Source: Mizuhopecten yessoensis (Eukaryota). From it: 64,000 nt of DNA. Within the stretch, counting starts at the first letter, position 1; every line of letters starts with the position of its first letter. This document shows, one piece after another, positions 59,538-64,000 of this stretch. The notes under the pieces were generated by a model. The model saw only the letters and a list, made by a program, of their open reading frames with translations, did no database searches and was not told where the DNA came from. The stretch covers positions 382,255-446,254 of the forward strand of contig NW_018404865.1 of assembly GCF_002113885.1 (NCBI RefSeq). The letters run 5' to 3'. The translations under genes and the position numbers were made by a program.

Positions 59538-61998
59538 CAAAAGAGTAGTTTGCATTGTCGATAACTATGCAAACTGAGTGCTTGTTAGATCTACTGACCA
59601 AGACAATCATGTATAACCGCTTCAACATACAAGGACAATTTAAACTGAAACACAAATACAAATAATACCACAGCGTCAACATAATGACACACTGTAGGAC
59701 AGTGGTAGCAAAGACAATCATAGCTGATCATCAACAATAAAAATGTATACCACAGCGTCAGAACACAATAACAATTAAATCCGCATTATCAACACACAAG
59801 GACTTATTATACGACAGCGAACACAAACGATAATTCAAGGACTGAATATATCACAGATTCAACACATTCCTAAAACAATGACCCTAGGTCAACATACACG
59901 ACAAATTGTACCACAGAGTCAACACACGAGCGAAAAATATGCCAAAGCGTCAACATATTATAACAAAATATACTACATTATCAGCTTGCAGGACAAAATA
60001 TACCATTCTACAGCACTCAAGGTAATATCATGCTTAAATGTCGAAACATTTAGACAAAAAAAACCCACAGCGTCAACACATAACATCAAAATATACCACA
60101 GCAACTACACATAACGACAAAATATACCACAGCGTCTACACATCACGACAAAATATACCACAGCGTCAACACATAACAACAAAATATACCACAGCAACTA
60201 CACATAACGACAAAATATACCACAACGTCAACACATAACGACAAAATATACCACAGCGTAAACACATAACAACAAATTATACCAGAGCGTCAACACGTAA
60301 CGACAAAATATACCACAGCGTCAACACAAAACGACAAATTATACCACAGCGTCAACACATAACAACAAAATATCCCACAGCGTCAACACATAACAACAAA
60401 TTAAACCAGAGCGTCAACACATAACGACAAATTATACCACAGCGTCAACACAAAACGACAAATTATACCACAGCGTCAACACAAAACGACAAATTATACC
60501 ACAGCGTCAACACAAAACGACAAATTATACCACAGCGTCAACACAAAACGACAAAATATACCACAGCGTCAACACATAACGACAAAATATACCGCAGCGT
60601 CAACACATAACAACAAAATATACCACAGCGTAAACACATAACAACAAATTATACCAGAGCGTCAACACGTAACGACAAATTATACCACAGCGTCAACACA
60701 TAACGACAAATTATACCACAGCGTCAACACATAACGACAAAATCACAAAATTTACCATCTTTCTTTATTGTATTCTGTGGTTTGTGATGCATGTTTGAGA
60801 CTGAAGTTCTCACACCTAAATGTTGTTCCCAATGTGTCCTCAAGACTCGAGTAAATCGTATAGCAAATAACGCTGTTTCATTACTTTGGAGTTAAACAGA
60901 TTTTGGTATGTTTCGCGATTACATCAAGAAGTTGAAGCAAAATTAATTATGTTCAATGTTATTCGAGCAATCACGTAAAATAGCCTGTCAAGAAAATGCA
61001 TATTTTTAGTATTTCAAAAATGATGCGTTAGTGAACCCATGACGATCAGGTTATTTTTGTTTTTAAATAACAGATACTATTTTACCAAACACCCGTTTAG
61101 ATAGGTTATTTTATTTTTTGTTTGAATTGAGGGTGTAGGGTGGGGATGGGGATGTGATTTATTATTCGTTGTTCACAACATGATAATAATCTGATAGTCT
61201 TGGCGTCACAAAACATTTTAGTTATATAGGATATTTCCTATACTTCAAAAGACCGTCAAGAGAATTCAACTATCGACAATTTCATTGACCTGATGCATGC
61301 TTTCCTCAAATTCCCCACTTCATTCATCAGCGAGTTTAACGCTTAAATTTCATATACAGTCATCATATATGTGTTGTGGTTATATTTTGAAAATGATGTT
61401 CTATTAAAACTATCGAACGAAATCATCAACATAATATTTAATTTAACAATTCGTTCTATAAGGATAAGTCAATGAGTACATGAATACCCCAAGGGAGGTT
61501 GATAATCAGATTTCTTTGAAAACGTTTACAGCTTTTTGATACATGTCTATCAAGTTTATTTCAACCTATTGTTTTATACATTTGTTCTATTTATATCGGA
61601 TCATAAATACTTTAATACATATGATATGGGTTATTATCACGTTTTGTATATAGCATTAATTAAATCTATATCCGATAACAGAATTTTGATTCATTGTATT
61701 TTGAGTTTCAGTTATATAATTGTTTTATTTATATCCGATCATAGCATTATCACATGGCACCCGAGACCAAAAAGTCGCCAAGTCCGACAGCAGACTCCGT
61801 TCGGGATGAGGAAGCAGTTTATCACGAGGTAAGAATCGAATCGCCAATTAATAAATATCCTGCAACTATTTATAAACCGATTTTTTACTTTCCTATCGTG
61901 TAAGGGATGCTTGACTTATGCTCGAGTCAAACAGTATAAGACTTTCAAACCTTCTTTAATTTTTTCACAGTTTGTTAAGAGCGTTCAGAGAAATATAA
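36436..61998 (+). CDS. Secreted low-complexity (G/N/Q/P/S/R-rich) protein with a small C-terminal domain; 5 coding exons, ~1423 aa
   Basis: Exons 36436-36487, 54086-58084, 58768-58876, 61745-61828, 61971-61998; GT-AG introns with matching phases 1,1,2,2; total 4272 nt with no internal stop. Exons 1+2 join to give the signal peptide MEKVTIRFLAVSFVLFLCFASVDC|QWG. Confidence 0.8.
37830..38565. repeat. ~102-bp degenerate tandem repeat interrupted by a SINE fragment
   Basis: GAACTATTACAAACAGCCGGTACG..GATGCTTTGTAAAACCTTTAC..GTTAGCTTGAGAGATTGTAG repeated; period 102 between 38105 and 38207. Confidence 0.8.
38231..38444 (-). mobile_element. 5'-truncated SINE (family C)
   Basis: Reverse complement of the 3' half of the element at 53674..54029 (GAATTGTTGAATGCTAGCTGTGAG, CCGGCTGTATGCT, GGGAGTTGAGAAA, GAGACGACCTACGA). 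Confidence 0.8.
38578..38930 (-). mobile_element. SINE (family B)
   Basis: Inverted homolog of 22855..23170 including the tail CGTCCTTAAATGGTCTTAGATGTTAATAGGACGTTAAAC. Confidence 0.72.
42350..42470 (+). mobile_element. SINE 3' fragment
   Basis: GGTCGGTGG..GTACTCCGGTTT..CACCAACAAAAC followed by a tail TCCTTTAATGAC..TGTTAATAGGACG shared with family B. Confidence 0.5.
42639..42825. mobile_element. Near-perfect palindromic MITE (~187 bp)
   Basis: ATTCCGTCTTTGCGTATTGCAGAGTTATCTTCTCTTGGGA..GGTATTGATTGTTACGTCA mirrored by TGACGTAACAATCAATACC..TCCCAAGAGAAGATAACTCTGCAATACGCAAAGACGGAAT. Confidence 0.88.
44070..46420. repeat. 70-bp tandem satellite (~33 copies) in intron 1 of gene 3
   Basis: Unit GACTTGACCGTTGATATACTAATGCTGTACGGACAGTATAAGGCACGTTAGAAGTGGTCAATGAACAGCA. 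Confidence 0.95.
48991..49159. repeat. 27-bp minisatellite running into an assembly gap
   Basis: Unit GGGCTAACAGTGTTACACCGGACGTTA, at least 6 copies. Confidence 0.93.
49160..49472. other. Assembly gap (313 N)
   Basis: Run of N. Confidence 1.
50293..50432. mobile_element. Inverted-repeat hairpin, probably part of a non-autonomous element
   Basis: ATCTTTCATTCGTTTCCCTTCATATTAGATT..ACAAGTTTTG / CAAAACTTGT..AATCTAATATTAAGGGAAACGAATGACAGAT. Confidence 0.75.
53674..54029 (+). mobile_element. Full-length tRNA-derived SINE (family C, CORE-like centre) with a (TAG)n tail
   Basis: A-box GGTAGCCTGGTGG, B-box-like GGTGTGAGTC, CORE-like TGTATCTTTGAGCAAGATATTTTACTCC, simple-repeat tail; ends ~55 nt before the gene 3 exon 2 acceptor. 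Confidence 0.8.
54086..58084 (+). CDS. Gene 3 exon 2: 3999-nt low-complexity exon
   Basis: Acceptor ctgctgtcgttgcag|GT is in frame with ORF 54139..58092; donor AACT|GTGAGT; phase 1-1. Confidence 0.92.
58768..58876 (+). CDS. Gene 3 exon 3
   Basis: Strong pyrimidine tract ctctctcccctccccag; SVNITTIGKKSNICPVYDVTYQENAVILSTRHSTCK; donor gtgagt, phase 1->2. Confidence 0.85.
59502..59534. repeat. (AT)n microsatellite
   Basis: About 16 AT units. Confidence 0.95.
59660..60742. repeat. 31-bp minisatellite (homogeneous 60065..60742, degenerate upstream) in intron 3 of gene 3
   Basis: Unit CCACAGCGTCAACACATAACGACAAAATATA. Confidence 0.93.
61745..61828 (+). CDS. Gene 3 exon 4
   Basis: IIITWHPRPKSRQVRQQTPFGMRKQFIT; donor AG|GTAAGA; phase 2-2. 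Confidence 0.78.
61971..61998 (+). CDS. Gene 3 exon 5 (terminal)
   Basis: Acceptor cttctttaattttttcacag; SLLRAFREI*; AATAAA signals ~170-220 nt downstream. Confidence 0.7.
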
Positions 61999-64000
61999 TA
62001 TGCAAATATTTGGTATTTTATTAACTCAATCTTTTGTATTAAACTTGTCAGGCTGATTTAAAAATCCTCTAATTTAAGTATACGTTATAATTCAGGTCAT
62101 GCAATTATATCGGTGTAGATATTGAAACAGATAACAACAATATATATGTTAACAAGTAGCATACAAATAAAACGCAGGTGTAATCGTTTTCCTTGAACAT
62201 ATAAATAAATTAAAAAAAATAAAAAAATCGCGATTTCCCTAAAACTACTATTTATATTACTTATAACATCATCATAATTCTACTGTTACTGTAAGTGATC
62301 AGTAAAATATTGAATGCTTGAAAAATATCTAAATGACCAGATTTGTCAATCACGTGAAATTTCTTTAAGTTGATTTTTATAATGTTCGTGTGTGTTGACA
62401 TTGACGTGTATTTTGTTTCTATTTTAATTATATGACGCCTCCCTTAACAAAACTATCATAACTGTACATACACTCCTTTCGCGCAACTTAAATATTGCGT
62501 TTGTTTTAAAGAATTTCTGGCAAATAGGTTTCAATTATAATAAACGCTAAGCCTTATTTGGGACGTTTAAATTTACAAAACAATATTACAACACCACACA
62601 CATTATTTCACAGTAAATATAATAGATGTAAGTTTGATGTAGAACGATGTTTGACATAATATTTGTCATTGCCAATGCCACCATTTCCGGAAATGCTAGC
62701 GAGCTTTACCATCAAACAATAAATCCCACTGGCGTACTGACACTTGCCTGTGTGACGTGTTACCTGTCAGTCAGACATACCTTATGATCCATCCCGGTAC
62801 ACAAATAATCACTTTCTCATTAGTGTTAACACTGAATGTCTCCGGTCCCGTGAAACATGATTCATGTATATAACATGTTCGACTAAAGTTCACCCTAACA
62901 CACTAGAACTACCTCTACGTCTCGTCCTGTCTGTAAAAACTAGGACAGAGTGTCTCATTAATGACTTACCACATTAGTTCCCCATTATGGTTATCCGCTG
63001 AAAAAATCCTTGCTGACAAATGAGAAGTTATGTGGTTTGTCAACCATTGATTGCACCGATATGGAACAAGCAAGATATATATGGAGTAACAGTTTGCTGT
63101 TTTTGTAAAAAGGCTTTGATAATTAATCATTTTAAGATCTATTTTAAGATCCATGTTTCTAAAAGAACGCTGTTTGTGTCACTTTGTGTTAAATACACAG
63201 TACATTACTCCCTATATCTTTGGCAAACCTGATTCTGAATTAGAATATAGTTTGAGATATATCTCATGTAAAGTCCATTGATTCTTTTTTCTGTACATTT
63301 TATTATTTATTTAGATATAAGCTGTTTTTTATTAGAAATCTTGAACATTCAATTTCTAAATGACCTCCCTTAAGAACGATGTTTCCAAATAGACAGTTAA
63401 TTTGTCGATTTGTGTTATTTAACACTCTCAATATCTTTGTCATAATTGTATCTGAATTTCCATTTTTTTCTGTAATTTCATAAGGCCTTATACATGTACA
63501 AGCTTCAATAACATTATTATTTTTGCCGTCTTTCCTATGAAAATTCCATACTTTTAAAACCCATGATGGAGTTTTCTCTATAAAAAGATAAGGCGCTATT
63601 ACCATTTGTTTCCAATTTTATTATTTCATTAAAACATTTTCAATATTTTATGCCTATCCTTAATTATTTCTCAAAGTTTGAATTGCAGAAGAAATGTTCA
63701 ACCGATTTTAACATGACTTATCAATCGTCATATAACACAGATCGAAGGGTTTGATAACCGCTAAATATCTATTTTTTACACCGAAGTTAGTAATAGTTTA
63801 CGGATTGTGTATCGGTAACACGTGACGTTAGTGTATTTAGGACAAAACGTGTACCCAGTGAAAGGATACCATGTATAAATAAGTGTAAACCCATGTTACT
63901 GTTATAAATAGCTCCGCTTAATGTTCCTACACTCTCGCAAACTTGCAACGTTGTAAATAACTACATACCGTAAATATGGTAATTTACGCGAGGGGATAAC

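Noticed and set aside
61745-61828. Reading this exon as the start of a separate gene (MAPETKKSPSPTADSVRDEEAVYHE)
   Set aside because: The phase-2 frame joins exon 3 and the terminal exon of gene 3 without a break, which is the simpler explanation.
63303-63605. 100-aa ORF ending HLEIECSRF
   Set aside because: At most a very decayed LINE ORF2 remnant (faint H-L-x-IE-x-GR likeness); too weak to annotate.

Overview
Eukaryotic, AT-rich genomic DNA from an invertebrate animal, most likely a bivalve mollusc (inferred from SINE types and a RING-less B-box gene; not proven). I reconstructed three genes by hand from GT-AG splice sites and reading-frame continuity. (1) A B-box/coiled-coil TRIM-like gene on the minus strand running off the left edge (<1..853). 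(2) A 12-exon minus-strand gene (19426->5269, ~1641 aa) for a secreted protein: signal peptide, RTRR furin-type site, fibrillin/VWCE-type FUN+EGF N-terminus, EGF, cbEGF, a single 3546-nt exon of unusual paired-cysteine repeats (PCG doublets, C-x4-C, C-x14-C), then three EGF+cbEGF doublets. (3) A divergently transcribed 5-exon plus-strand gene (36436->61998, ~1423 aa) for a secreted, nearly Cys-free low-complexity protein with a small C-terminal domain; its signal peptide is split by a 17.6-kb intron. The rest is intronic/intergenic: many minisatellites (17-102 bp units, one with an exact 8-unit internal inversion), tRNA-derived SINEs, MITE-like inverted repeats, a LINE remnant, an intronic 28S rDNA fragment and one assembly gap. 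The best candidate for an undescribed system is the head-to-head pair of giant-exon secreted matrix proteins, especially the C-x14-C repeat array.
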